64,000 nucleotides of DNA from a virus. How positions within the stretch are numbered: position 1 is the stretch's first letter; each line of letters opens with the position of its first letter. Below the pieces are notes generated by a model. The model was given only the letters and a program-made list of their open reading frames with translations, searched no databases and was not told the origin of the DNA. Below are positions 38,404-51,040 of the stretch, piece after piece. The translations under genes and the position numbers were made by a program. The stretch is taken from the IMG/VR virus record IMGVR_UViG_3300028025_003852, positions 1-64,000 of that record; one strand, 5' to 3'.

Positions 38404-38782
38404 CTGGTACTGGCAAAAGATCTATTAGCTTTGAGTAAGCTTCCTTGTAAGCTTTTGACATTTCTTTTGGTGTTGACCTTGCTACTGGCATCTTATCTGC
38501 CACGACAATGAACTCTAGAATAGTCTGCTGAGCATTTTCAATATACTCAAAAGCAGAGCCTCTGGAATCTGTTAGAAACTTTACGAAAGAATCGTTGGTG
38601 TCACCAAATGCACTTTTGGTAAGCTCAGTACCTAGTTGATCGAGTAGCAAGAGCTTGTCTGATAGTGCTTGTGTCAAGGCTGACTCAGACCTTTTCAATT
38701 CTTTATACAATACCATAGCATAGGCAATGCCAGCTAGTAGTAGAAAGGATAAGATTATTACAACTATGTTATCTATTGTCAC
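38387..38782 (-). CDS. Membrane-anchored hypothetical protein
   Basis: GTG start; N-terminal TM; FVKFLTDSR..AFEYIE. Confidence 0.7.
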   Translation of the reverse strand: MTIDNIVVIILSFLLLAGIAYAMVLYKELKRSESALTQALSDKLLLLDQLGTELTKSAFGDTNDSFVKFLTDSRGSAFEYIENAQQTILEFIVVADKMPVARSTPKEMSKAYKEAYSKLIDLLPVPANGND

Positions 38783-39273
38783 TGTGTTACCTTTTCTCGA
38801 TAGTAGTGTGCAACCCAAAAATATTTGCAATCTGGGCAGCATGGCTGATTGTATTTGTCAGTTACAGAATCACGAAATTGTGAATACAATACCTGGTCCT
38901 TAATAAATAGGTTTGCCTTGTGTGTTGTAGTCACATACTTCATAAGTGTTTTGTCAGACATCCACTTTGGATTACGAAGGCCCCATTTTTTACCCTTAAC
39001 ATCACGCAGTTCAATCAAGTTGTTAAGGTTTTTATCAGTCTTAATGTTTCTGGTGTTAGCCTCAACAATCATTGCCTGAACATATTTCCATAGTGCGAAC
39101 TCGTGACTCTTCCACATTTTAACAGCAGGGTGATTACGCCATGCCGCCTTGGGGTCATCGCTAGACAGTACTTTTAGAATCTGATAACATTCAAGAATTT
39201 GTTTATTCAGTCGCTTAGAGTCCAATTCTTTTGCAGACTTGGTAAAGCTTTTGTATGGAAGAAAAGTTTGCAA
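38779..39273 (-). CDS. Pyrimidine-dimer glycosylase-like protein (MSMEG_6728/DenV-like)
   Basis: QTFLPY..F..SA..LD.KRL.KQ...WRNHPAVKMW; TTG start. Confidence 0.82.
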   Translation of the reverse strand: MQTFLPYKSFTKSAKELDSKRLNKQILECYQILKVLSSDDPKAAWRNHPAVKMWKSHEFALWKYVQAMIVEANTRNIKTDKNLNNLIELRDVKGKKWGLRNPKWMSDKTLMKYVTTTHKANLFIKDQVLYSQFRDSVTDKYNQPCCPDCKYFWVAHYYREKVTQ

Positions 39274-39274
39274 T

Positions 39275-39535
39275 TTAATCAATTGCCTTTCTGGTAATTT
39301 GTACAACAGCACCATTATCTTCTAGTGCATGTTTTACTTTGAATAGGTATCTTACTGCTTCGATCTTGCCATCGTAGTCCAGTCGCATAAACGCCTGCTC
39401 GTCAGCAATAATCTCTAAGAACAATAATACACCATTATCACTGTGTTCCGCAATAGCTACCCCAAAATTTTTTGGAGGATGAATTGAGTGAACCGCCCTA
39501 CGCATTTCATTTGTGTAAAAACTAATCTCAGTCAT
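39275..39535 (-). CDS. Hypothetical protein
   Basis: Coupled ORF. Confidence 0.7.
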   Translation of the reverse strand: MTEISFYTNEMRRAVHSIHPPKNFGVAIAEHSDNGVLLFLEIIADEQAFMRLDYDGKIEAVRYLFKVKHALEDNGAVVQITRKAID

Positions 39536-39812
39536 TTGTCAGATTCCTCCACGTTTCTGCCCAATCCTGTTTCGATCTATGAGAGTTAAACTCTTTTGAT
39601 ATTTTTCCATTTTCTAGGTATACCCCACCCCAGACACCCCACTCTTTATTTGAGACACCTGTGGCAAAACACATTCTGCGTACTGGGCATTCTGAACAAA
39701 CCTTATCTACTGCAAGTCTAAAACTTTCATTCTCTTCATACTTATCAAAGAATATGTTAGTGTCATAGCCTAGGCATTTAGCGTTGTCTCTCCAAGTGTG
39801 GTCACTTTGCAT
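39528..39812 (-). CDS. whiB: WhiB-family transcription factor
   Basis: W...AKC...FF...CSECPVRRMC...GVWGG. Confidence 0.92.
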   Translation of the reverse strand: MQSDHTWRDNAKCLGYDTNIFFDKYEENESFRLAVDKVCSECPVRRMCFATGVSNKEWGVWGGVYLENGKISKEFNSHRSKQDWAETWRNLTND

Positions 39813-40023
39813 CGTCTCTCACCAACTTGGCAGGAATGTCCCAGCCTTTTTCGGTAATTGGGTAGGTATTCACGATACCCCATTTGCCATTACGATATGC
39901 ACCGTTTGGCTTTGTCCAGCCAGTTTGAGACTCTGTGTAGTGGATGATATCCCATCCATTCCAGTATAGTGAGTCATTGTTTTCTACAACTGACTCTGCA
40001 ACTTCTAGAGAATTAATCTTCAT
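39802..40023 (-). CDS. Hypothetical protein
   Basis: Coupled ORF; L.WNGWDI. Confidence 0.7.
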   Translation of the reverse strand: MKINSLEVAESVVENNDSLYWNGWDIIHYTESQTGWTKPNGAYRNGKWGIVNTYPITEKGWDIPAKLVRDDAK

Positions 40024-40396
40024 CGCTAGACTCGCTTTCTGTGTATATTACTTTTTTAATTTGTGTTTCTTCAATCAGGACCTGGCATCGATCGCATGGC
40101 TTGCTATTTCTATCTTCGCCACTGCGACTAACTCTTGCAACATAAAGGACAGCACCCTTTACATTCCATCCAGCATCTCTAACAGCCTCTGCTTCTGCAT
40201 GTACAGAGCAATGCTTTTTGATGTGCTCTGGTGATACAATGTATGGGCTATTTCTATCTTTGTTAAAGCCAGTTCCAATTACTCTACCGCCTTTAACAAT
40301 TACCGCACCGTGCATTCTACGAGATTTTGATTTAGCAGCAAAATATCTTGCAACAGATAGGTAAGCATTTTCACTATTACTCAGGTCATACTCCAT
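40013..40396 (-). CDS. CMP/dCMP deaminase-like protein
   Basis: HGAVIV...HAE...PCDRC. Confidence 0.85.
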   Translation of the reverse strand: MEYDLSNSENAYLSVARYFAAKSKSRRMHGAVIVKGGRVIGTGFNKDRNSPYIVSPEHIKKHCSVHAEAEAVRDAGWNVKGAVLYVARVSRSGEDRNSKPCDRCQVLIEETQIKKVIYTESESSDED

Positions 40397-40749
40397 TAGA
40401 ATCTGTAAATTCCAACTTCTACATCAAGAGCTTCTGCGTCGTCCACTAGAAGCCCTTTGCCCTCATTCTCACGACAAAAAAAGGCTAGGTAATCCATATC
40501 ACCAATAGAGTTTTGAATGTCAGAGAACGGCCTGTTATTTATACGAACACGGATGCCCATAGACTTCATGCTGCGTTCTGTAATGTTAAAAAACTCTCTT
40601 GCAAATGCATTTACATTTGCTGGTCCAGCTGAATAAATTTCAAGATCAGTGTCCTGGTTCTTGTTCATCTCAGAAAGAACTACACGCATAGCTCGAAGAA
40701 ACGCATCGTAGTTACTGAAACCTTTAGTTCCACTGACTGCTATCTTCAT
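40396..40749 (-). CDS. SLOG/YspA-like Rossmannoid protein
   Basis: MKIAVSGTKGFSNY N-terminus. Confidence 0.5.
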   Translation of the reverse strand: MKIAVSGTKGFSNYDAFLRAMRVVLSEMNKNQDTDLEIYSAGPANVNAFAREFFNITERSMKSMGIRVRINNRPFSDIQNSIGDMDYLAFFCRENEGKGLLVDDAEALDVEVGIYRF

Positions 40750-40752
40750 TAC

Positions 40753-41139
40753 CTAATCCTTTGTTAGTTGCTCAACTATAAACATGAGCTTTTTTAATTC
40801 TACATCATTCATAGACGTTGTGTCAAGTTGAACTGCATTGTCTGTGTCAAGGACCTCGTCATTAAAGCTTGCGTAGTAGACAGCGTTATTCGATATCCAA
40901 TATCCACCATCTTCTAGTATTAGAATTGTTGGGTTCATCTTATCGAAGAACTTTGTTGCCTGTGTTTTTTTTGATTTACTAGTTTTTTCTGGAATAGAAT
41001 ATAGCTTTAGAGCCATTGCTATTGCTCTTGACTGTGACATCACTGGTAACTTCTTAACAGAAATTTTTCTTCCAATATTTATCATTCTATATATTACAAA
41101 TATAGGAATGACTAGCAAGATTAAAAGTAAATATTCCAT
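40753..41139 (-). CDS. Membrane-anchored hypothetical protein
   Basis: N-terminal TM. Confidence 0.7.
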   Translation of the reverse strand: MEYLLLILLVIPIFVIYRMINIGRKISVKKLPVMSQSRAIAMALKLYSIPEKTSKSKKTQATKFFDKMNPTILILEDGGYWISNNAVYYASFNDEVLDTDNAVQLDTTSMNDVELKKLMFIVEQLTKD

Positions 41140-41155
41140 AGTTATCTTTTAGTAA

Positions 41156-41500
41156 TTATGCCTGGTCCTGCTTAAAATGCTCAATCATATTTTTCAGTAC
41201 CATACCTTCGAAATCTGGCAGCACAGAGATTGCGAAATCGTCGTTACATCTTTCTGTCAAGAAAATAAGTGGATCTTCACTATCATTTTCATACTTTAGT
41301 TCAATGAAGCCTTTGCTCCACAAGTTCATAGTGGTAGCGGCAAACTTATCTTCGACAAGCTTTGCAAGATTGGGAGAAATTTCTTTAAGATTTTTATTAA
41401 AACTAAATAGCATCTCTCCAGTATCTGAATCCATTCCAGCAGGCTCTACAGCCCCCTTAAGAATAAGACGTTCAAACATTTCATTATTGCGATCGATCAT
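41156..41500 (-). CDS. Hypothetical protein (winged-helix-like?)
   Basis: LW.KGFI pattern. Confidence 0.65.
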   Translation of the reverse strand: MIDRNNEMFERLILKGAVEPAGMDSDTGEMLFSFNKNLKEISPNLAKLVEDKFAATTMNLWSKGFIELKYENDSEDPLIFLTERCNDDFAISVLPDFEGMVLKNMIEHFKQDQA

Positions 41501-41757
41501 TACAGATCTCCTTTAAGTCGGTTTTCATTTGTTAGGAAAGGACGCTCATCAACTATTTCAGTGGCAAACGATTTCATCTTTTCATTGGCTGCTGCATTGT
41601 TTTCAATTTTACTATAGTGGTGTCCACAAAAGAATAGATTACCAGTTGCTCCAGTAACTTTGACATATGCTCCAGCACCGCAAGAGTCACACCTATCTAT
41701 AAGTGTAAGCTGGCGTTCTTGACTTTCTTCTACCGCTGTTTCTTCCATTACTACCAT
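41500..41757 (-). CDS. Small actinobacterial zinc-finger protein
   Basis: DRCDSCGAGAYV...LFFCGHH. Confidence 0.75.
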   Translation of the reverse strand: MVVMEETAVEESQERQLTLIDRCDSCGAGAYVKVTGATGNLFFCGHHYSKIENNAAANEKMKSFATEIVDERPFLTNENRLKGDL

Positions 41758-41767
41758 TTTACACCTC

Positions 41768-41944
41768 TTACTTGTCTGTTGAATAGAATCCGCTACCCTT
41801 GAAGGAAACGCCTATATTAGAGTATAGCCGTTTTCTGGCAGTATTGCAAGTCTGACACATAGATTCTTGATCTCTTTTGTCAAAGCCTCTAGCTTCAACT
41901 ATAATTTCATCACATGTCTTACACAAAAATTCGTACAGTGGCAT
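41768..41944 (-). CDS. FmdB-family zinc ribbon protein
   Basis: [11 protein letters not shown]...CQTC...[10 protein letters not shown]. Confidence 0.88.
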   Translation of the reverse strand: MPLYEFLCKTCDEIIVEARGFDKRDQESMCQTCNTARKRLYSNIGVSFKGSGFYSTDK

Positions 41945-42935
41945 TAGTTTTTTCCTTATAAATCTTATCTGAGTAAACACGAGCAGCATCTCTAACCCAT
42001 GCACCATCTTCGTGAGCTTCTTTGCGTCGTGCAAGACGAATTGTGTTAGCTGCACCATGACCAGCCAGGACTTGATGAAACTCTGTCCAGTCTAACTCTC
42101 CAAAATCAAAGTGTCCTCGTTCTTCATTCCACTTAATGTCAGGGTCAGGCAAGGTGACACCTAGTATCTTAGCTTGCGGAACGAGCATGTCTACAAAACG
42201 TTGACGAAGTTCGTCATTACTAAAACGTTTTATTTTCCAGTCCATGCTTTGTTGAGAATTAGGAGAGTTGTCGTCTGGTGGTCCGAACATCATGAGTGCA
42301 GGAGCGTACCAACGATTTACTGATTCTTGTGCCATTTTTTTCTGTGCATCTGTGCCTCGCATAAGGTGCAGTAATATCTCAAACCCTTGACGCTGATGGA
42401 ACGACTCTTCTTTACAGATACGAACCATTGCTCGTCCGTATGGACCATATGATGCACGACACAGCGGCACTTGATTGCAAATAGCAGCACCATCAACCAG
42501 CCAGCCGATGGATCCCATATCTGCCCAGGTCGGGGTGGGGTAGTTGAAGATTGATGAGTATTTAGCTGTTCCAGTAATAAGCTGATCAAACATTGTTTCC
42601 CGATCAGTACCTAGAGTCTGTGCTGCGGAGTATAAGTAAAGACCGTGACCTGCTTCATCCTGAACCTTAGCCATTAAAATTGCTTTGCGTTTTAAGCTAG
42701 GTGCTCTGCTAATCCAGTTTGCCTCTGGTTGCATACCAATAATCTCGGAGTGCGCGTGCTGAGAAATCTGACGAATGAGCGTCTTTCGATACCCCTCGGG
42801 CATCCAGTCTGTCGGCTCGACCCGCTGTTCGTTAGCTAGTAACTTATCAAAAAACTTTACATTACAATTTTGACAAACAGATTCTTGATCAGTTGTTTCA
42901 TTGCAAGTCTTGCATATAAACTCAGATGTCATCAT
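41919..42935 (-). CDS. paaA: Phenylacetyl-CoA epoxidase catalytic subunit PaaA with extra N-terminal CxxC/CxxC
   Basis: [59 protein letters not shown]. Confidence 0.93.
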   Translation of the reverse strand: MMTSEFICKTCNETTDQESVCQNCNVKFFDKLLANEQRVEPTDWMPEGYRKTLIRQISQHAHSEIIGMQPEANWISRAPSLKRKAILMAKVQDEAGHGLYLYSAAQTLGTDRETMFDQLITGTAKYSSIFNYPTPTWADMGSIGWLVDGAAICNQVPLCRASYGPYGRAMVRICKEESFHQRQGFEILLHLMRGTDAQKKMAQESVNRWYAPALMMFGPPDDNSPNSQQSMDWKIKRFSNDELRQRFVDMLVPQAKILGVTLPDPDIKWNEERGHFDFGELDWTEFHQVLAGHGAANTIRLARRKEAHEDGAWVRDAARVYSDKIYKEKTNATVRIFV

Positions 42936-43116
42936 TGTCTTTTTCCTTTTGTCTTTCAAATATAACTATTTTTCCTGGGGCAACGTCATCATAAAGATGT
43001 CTCCATTGCGATATGTCCCAGCGTTGTTTTGTTGCATAATTTGCAGCCATAGCATAGTCATTGCAATAGATAATGTATCTTGCTCTTGTATCTTCACCGT
43101 GATATGTTTTAGCCAT
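42922..43116 (-). CDS. Hypothetical protein
   Basis: Coupled ORF. Confidence 0.55.
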   Translation of the reverse strand: MAKTYHGEDTRARYIIYCNDYAMAANYATKQRWDISQWRHLYDDVAPGKIVIFERQKEKDNDDI

Positions 43117-43122
43117 ACCTAA

Positions 43123-43905
43123 TTATACCGTATAGAGCCTAGCAAAATCAAGTGTGTTCTTTAGAAGTTTATTTCTTTTCTTCTTTCTCTTTGTCTTTGT
43201 ATTAATTTCTGCAACAACATATCCATCAAAGCCAATGTCTCTAAGATATTCTAAAGTTTCTTTTACTGGCTGTGTTCCTTTTCCTGGTACCAGGTGTTCA
43301 TCAAATATGTGAAACTTATCTTTTTGACTATGACCATCACAAAGATGAACGTGCTTTAGAGAATTACCCCAAGACTTTGCCAGATCAAGAGCATTGGATC
43401 CCTGTGAAGCTGAATGAGAAAAATCTAATGTTCTTGATCTAATGTTTTCAGACTCTGGGTTCCACGATGGATAGAAAACATCAAACTCTTTTCCACGAAT
43501 ATTCCAGCCAAACATATTCTCAACAGCAACAATAAGGCCATAGGTGTCTTCTATTGACTCTATAATCTTTTTAAAGTTGTTTCTGTAAACTACCTGCCAC
43601 TTGTATGGTGGGTGAACAACTATCGTAGTTGCCCCAACTGCATTTGCCAGCTCTGCTGTTTTAGTTAGCTTATCTTGCGGAAGTCTTCCAAATACTTTTG
43701 AGGTCATTATTAGTACTGGAGAGTGTATGGATAAAACTGGATGATTGTATTTCTTAATTAATTTATTTATTGTGTCAGCATTCTGAGTATCTTTATCTGC
43801 TGTCACCATAACCTCAACTCCATCAAATCCAAGTTCAGAACCTAATTTGAAAGCTGATTCTAGTCCTAGCGGATAAACGCTAGTTGAGCTTAAGCCAATC
43901 TTCAT
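43123..43905 (-). CDS. Sugar-phosphate isomerase/epimerase TIM barrel (AP_endonuc_2, actinobacterial Rv0498-like)
   Basis: SVYP, GFDGVEVMV, VVHPP, AVENM, TLDFSH, HVHLCDG, DEHLVPG.G. Confidence 0.85.
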   Translation of the reverse strand: MKIGLSSTSVYPLGLESAFKLGSELGFDGVEVMVTADKDTQNADTINKLIKKYNHPVLSIHSPVLIMTSKVFGRLPQDKLTKTAELANAVGATTIVVHPPYKWQVVYRNNFKKIIESIEDTYGLIVAVENMFGWNIRGKEFDVFYPSWNPESENIRSRTLDFSHSASQGSNALDLAKSWGNSLKHVHLCDGHSQKDKFHIFDEHLVPGKGTQPVKETLEYLRDIGFDGYVVAEINTKTKRKKKRNKLLKNTLDFARLYTV

Positions 43906-43961
43906 ATCAATACTATTATATCAGGTCGTTGTCCTAGTTAAATTTTCTATAAATATTTTTG

Positions 43962-44930
43962 CTACGTTTTTCCAGGGTATTTTTTGACAGAGTCTGAAAC
44001 CTTTGCACGATTTAATCTAGAAGCTTTTCTGATTGCCTTATCTATTTCGTCTTCAGACTTTATTAAATACCCATTAACATTATTTTCGATAATTGTCTTT
44101 GGTCCAGTAACATTGTATGCAACAACTGGGGTTCCACATGCCATGCTTTCAATCATCACAATTCCGAAGGTATCGAAAAGACTTGGGAAAAAGAATACGT
44201 CTGCTGAGGCATACCAAGATCTTAGTTTGCTGTTTTCTACTTTGCCAACAAACCTTACCCCTGGATATTTGATTTTAAGTTTTTCTAAGTAAGGACCATC
44301 ACCAATTAATACACACTCATATCTTTCATCTAAAGAAAGTTTACAAAACTGTTTTAAGTTTTTTTCTTTGCTTACTCTGCTTACACATAGAAGAACTGTT
44401 TTTTCAGACCTGGTCTTCTTCTCTTTAAAAAAGAATTTAGAGCTGTCTATTCCTCTAGACCAAACAACAAGCTTATTTTTAAACCTTTTATTTTTTAGGG
44501 TATCCCTTACATCTTTGTTTGTTACCAAAATTTTTTCACTCGATTCGTGAAACCATCTCATTGTTTCCCATGTAATGTCTTCTGGAATATAGAAGAGATC
44601 TTTCATCATGTGCGGAAAGTTTGTATGAAAACTTGTATTGTGCTTTTTCTTTTTTATTTGACAATAATTTTTGCCAGCTAGACCGATTGGGCCTTCAGTG
44701 GCAATGTGAATATAATCAGGACCATAATCGTCGATCATCTTAAAGATACTTATTGGTATAGCCAACGATATATCTTTATAAAAAGAAAGGTTGATGCTCT
44801 TGAATAGTCCTGGATGTATTACATATACATCGTATTTCTTTTCAAGTTGTTTTATTAAATTTTTTAGTGTTGTAACTACCCCGTTTGTTTGAGGCGACCA
44901 TGCATCTGTTAATATTAAAATTTTTTCCAT
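43962..44930 (-). CDS. GT4 glycosyltransferase (apparent frameshift near C-terminus)
   Basis: TDAWSPQTNGVV, IHIATEGPIG, VSRVSKEKN, DTFGIVMIESMACGTPV; start MEKIL. Confidence 0.88.
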   Translation of the reverse strand: MEKILILTDAWSPQTNGVVTTLKNLIKQLEKKYDVYVIHPGLFKSINLSFYKDISLAIPISIFKMIDDYGPDYIHIATEGPIGLAGKNYCQIKKKKHNTSFHTNFPHMMKDLFYIPEDITWETMRWFHESSEKILVTNKDVRDTLKNKRFKNKLVVWSRGIDSSKFFFKEKKTRSEKTVLLCVSRVSKEKNLKQFCKLSLDERYECVLIGDGPYLEKLKIKYPGVRFVGKVENSKLRSWYASADVFFFPSLFDTFGIVMIESMACGTPVVAYNVTGPKTIIENNVNGYLIKSEDEIDKAIRKASRLNRAKVSDSVKKYPGKT

Positions 44931-44945
44931 AGTTAATTGTATCAT

Positions 44946-45019
44946 TGGAGGGAATGGAGAGAATCGAACTCTCACCTTCAGTTTGGAAGACTGAGGCACT
45001 ACCACTATGCAACATTCCC
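44946..45019 (-). tRNA. tRNA-Gly(TCC)
   Basis: Anticodon arm TCAGT-CTTCCAA-ACTGA; discriminator T; CCA. Confidence 0.93.
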
Positions 45020-45076
45020 AGACCCTGTCCCAGTGAATGGTTCTTATGGGTCATGCTAGGGACAGGGAGCCTTTTA

Positions 45077-45247
45077 TTAAATCAGAATTTTAAATACAGG
45101 GCAACATGGATCTCCGCCCTCTTCCCAATCCTGCATCTCATCATCTGTCATATATGGATCACCGTCATGAGTATGACAAAATCCTTCGCTAATCCATCCC
45201 TGGTCAATACCAATTTGTGCCCAGTCGTTGAATTCCATTTTAGCCAT
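45077..45247 (-). CDS. Small acidic Cys/His protein
   Basis: GWIS..FCHTHDG.P...EEGGDPC. Confidence 0.7.
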   Translation of the reverse strand: MAKMEFNDWAQIGIDQGWISEGFCHTHDGDPYMTDDEMQDWEEGGDPCCPVFKILI

Positions 45248-45764
45248 TCTTATACCTTTCAAGTATTTCTTTTGCCCAGTTTACCAGATCTTCAACTCTT
45301 TGTCCAGATGGCTGGCTAGAAACCCATAGCTCAAGGTTTTCTATTCTATTGTCATTGCGAACACCATTGATATGATGAACATTTTCTCCTGGAAACAGTG
45401 CTCTTCCTAAATATTCTTCCATAATAAATCTGTGTTGAGACTGCATTTCGTATTTTCCATTTACTCTGCGAGTTCTACGAATATACCCAGACTCGTGCTT
45501 AAACCAGTCGTTCCACTCCCCTGGACGCTGATATTTAATTGGCTGAAGCTTACCAAACTTTTTCATTTGATAGTTGTGTCCAGAACAAAGATTGTTTCCT
45601 TTATGTGGTTTGTGGCAACCTTCAAAGGTACATGTATCCAGTCTTGCACCTTCTCTAGGACGCAATTTGCGAAGGTTTTCTCCACGAAGACTCATTTTAT
45701 AATGAGATTGGCAAAGATCCTTTGCGTAAGGCTTTCTGATACATTCACTAAAAGAGCACTTCAT
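45240..45764 (-). CDS. Free-standing HNH homing endonuclease
   Basis: Two CxxxxC..C..H repeats; QHR.IME...VHHINGVRNDNRIENL. Confidence 0.88.
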   Translation of the reverse strand: MKCSFSECIRKPYAKDLCQSHYKMSLRGENLRKLRPREGARLDTCTFEGCHKPHKGNNLCSGHNYQMKKFGKLQPIKYQRPGEWNDWFKHESGYIRRTRRVNGKYEMQSQHRFIMEEYLGRALFPGENVHHINGVRNDNRIENLELWVSSQPSGQRVEDLVNWAKEILERYKNG

Positions 45765-45797
45765 TTATTTAGTATAGCATATTTTCTATGTTATTGG

Positions 45798-48859
<3,062 letters not shown>

Positions 48860-48873
<14 letters not shown>

Positions 48874-49246
48874 TAAAAATCTCCAACCTTTCACGAATTG
48901 TTTCTACATCTTCTGGTGTTCCAAATATTTCTATCATGCCAAGAATTGGAACATCTGTTTTCTTAGCAATCAGTTTGGCAGCCTTGCAGTAGTCTTTGCC
49001 AAAATTAGTATTGCCAAATCCAACGACTGCCTTTAGCAATTCTCTATTTGTTTTAATATTTAGAAAGGTTGCTACTGGTCTTGGGATGGCATAATCATTT
49101 TTACCACCGCCATAGGTTGGTACAAAAAGAACGTACTCACGAGTAGCAAATGGAAGCTCCTCAACTGAGTACGATCTATCATACCCTAACTTTTCAACAA
49201 AACGTTTGGTGTTGCCAGAACGGTTTGAGAAGTATACTATATCCAT
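48860..49246 (-). CDS. nrdI: Flavodoxin NrdI
   Basis: [25 protein letters not shown]. Confidence 0.95.
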
Positions 49247-49255
49247 TATACCAAC

Positions 49256-51040
49256 CTAAATTAAATCAAAATTTTCCAAATAGCTTTTAACTTTATCTGG
49301 CATAGGTTTATATTGTATCACGTTGTCTGCCTGTTCGTCAACTTTGGATTTTGGTCTATCCTTGAATGTATGAATCTCAACTACCTGGTTTGTCAGTCGT
49401 GGCGTGTGAGAGATTGCCCCATAGATAGCACCACAGACAGCATCTGCAAGGTCCTTAGAAGACTTTCTGGGGTGGTCAACTTTGTTGCCCCTCATAATCT
49501 TTAGCTCTGTAAGCTCTTCAAACAATAGATCAATTGCTGGCATTGCTAGCCTGTCTTCATAGATAAGCATAGCCATATCCTCGTAGTGCTTCTTGGCAAC
49601 AGATACTGTTTCAGTTCTCATACCGACCTGCTTCAACTCATTCTGAATATCAAATGACTGCCAGCGGTCAAAGCTAACCATACCAATATCAAAGCCTAGA
49701 CGACGAAGGTTCTGAATCCACTGCTTTACCTCTGAAAGGTTGACTGGCCCCTCCACCTTTGGCTCCCACCATGCCACAGCGTCTACCACTACAATTGGTG
49801 CCACCTGCTGATAGTCCTTGATTACTTGAATGTTTACCCATTTATCCACATGTGCAATTGCCACGGCACACTTGTCATGTTTCTGTGCAAGGTCAGCATG
49901 TACAAAATACTTCTTGTCTGGATCTGGAACAAAGGTTGAATCAAATCTTCTATACGTATCAAGAGGGTTTCGTAGAGACATGGCAGACCTAACCTTTTCT
50001 GTCTGCTTAAAGAATCTATCCGAAGAGAATGTAGGGATGCAGGCAAATCGCATCATAGCATCCCCCAAGTCAGTGTAGAATGCTAGCTTAAAGTCATCAA
50101 TCTTTCTTGTTGGATTTACTGCCCATGTAGGTCTCTTCAATGCAAAGACTCCTGGGTACTTATAGCTAATAATGTTATCTTCTTCCCATTCGATCTCTAG
50201 ACTATTACCCTCGGCATTTTCTGGAAGATCTGGATTCATAATAAACTTATGAGTCTTTAGGATAGCCTCTTTTTCAGCGATAACATCATCGTATCTTTGA
50301 GAGATAAAGTCTCCTGGATATCGTGGAAATGATAGCAGTGCAACCTTTCCAAGATCTGGGAAACGAGAATCTACTGATGCACGAAACGCCTTGTAAATAT
50401 TGTCAGCAGTTTTACCTTGGTCATTTCCAGTTGCAACCTCCTGAGCAAAGCCAGAAATCTCGTCAAGAACAGCTAGAAGAAGGTTTAGTCCTTCATGGCT
50501 CTCTCGTTCTGAGTGACCAGAGTAAACCGTAATGGCATGATCAAACTCAATCGAGTCTGCCTTAGCATAGAAGCGACCAGCAAACCAGGGAGAACGCTCA
50601 ATCTTATTCTTGAATCCCTTAAAGAATACGTTCTTAGCCTGCTGTGCGTTGATCGCTACGTTAATAATATCAATAGCATCGCCAGAAGGCTTGCCAAAGT
50701 ATCTTGCTGGATCTTTCAAACATAAAAGCTTATACACAATGTACGCACAAGCTACTGTTGATGTGAAGTCTTTTCCACTACCCTTTCCGAGCTGTAGAAT
50801 TACCTCGTTCTTTGTGTACTTCTTGTAATACCTTGTTCCTTTTTCAGCACCGAGCAGCTCTACTAAATCTTCAAGCTTATAGATTTGGCTCATGGCCTCA
50901 ACGATGTCATACTGAGTTTCAGAAAGTGGTGGCTGACCAAGAAAGTCTTCGCCTTCTACAAATGTCTTGGCGTCTACTGGAGTTTCGATAAAGTTATCTG
51001 CCTTTAGAACTTCAAGGAACTCACTAAACATCTCTGACAA
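49256..51040 (-). CDS. terL: Terminase large subunit
   Basis: Walker A GKGSGKD, Walker B LAVLDE, nuclease HADLA and KDLADA. Confidence 0.9.
   Translation of the reverse strand: MSEMFSEFLEVLKADNFIETPVDAKTFVEGEDFLGQPPLSETQYDIVEAMSQIYKLEDLVELLGAEKGTRYYKKYTKNEVILQLGKGSGKDFTSTVACAYIVYKLLCLKDPARYFGKPSGDAIDIINVAINAQQAKNVFFKGFKNKIERSPWFAGRFYAKADSIEFDHAITVYSGHSERESHEGLNLLLAVLDEISGFAQEVATGNDQGKTADNIYKAFRASVDSRFPDLGKVALLSFPRYPGDFISQRYDDVIAEKEAILKTHKFIMNPDLPENAEGNSLEIEWEEDNIISYKYPGVFALKRPTWAVNPTRKIDDFKLAFYTDLGDAMMRFACIPTFSSDRFFKQTEKVRSAMSLRNPLDTYRRFDSTFVPDPDKKYFVHADLAQKHDKCAVAIAHVDKWVNIQVIKDYQQVAPIVVVDAVAWWEPKVEGPVNLSEVKQWIQNLRRLGFDIGMVSFDRWQSFDIQNELKQVGMRTETVSVAKKHYEDMAMLIYEDRLAMPAIDLLFEELTELKIMRGNKVDHPRKSSKDLADAVCGAIYGAISHTPRLTNQVVEIHTFKDRPKSKVDEQADNVIQYKPMPDKVKSYLENFDLI

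Noticed and set aside
44931-45319. N-terminal extension of the GT4 ORF and the plus-strand 124-aa ORF
   Set aside because: Both overlap tRNA-Gly; the GT4 start fits ATG 44930
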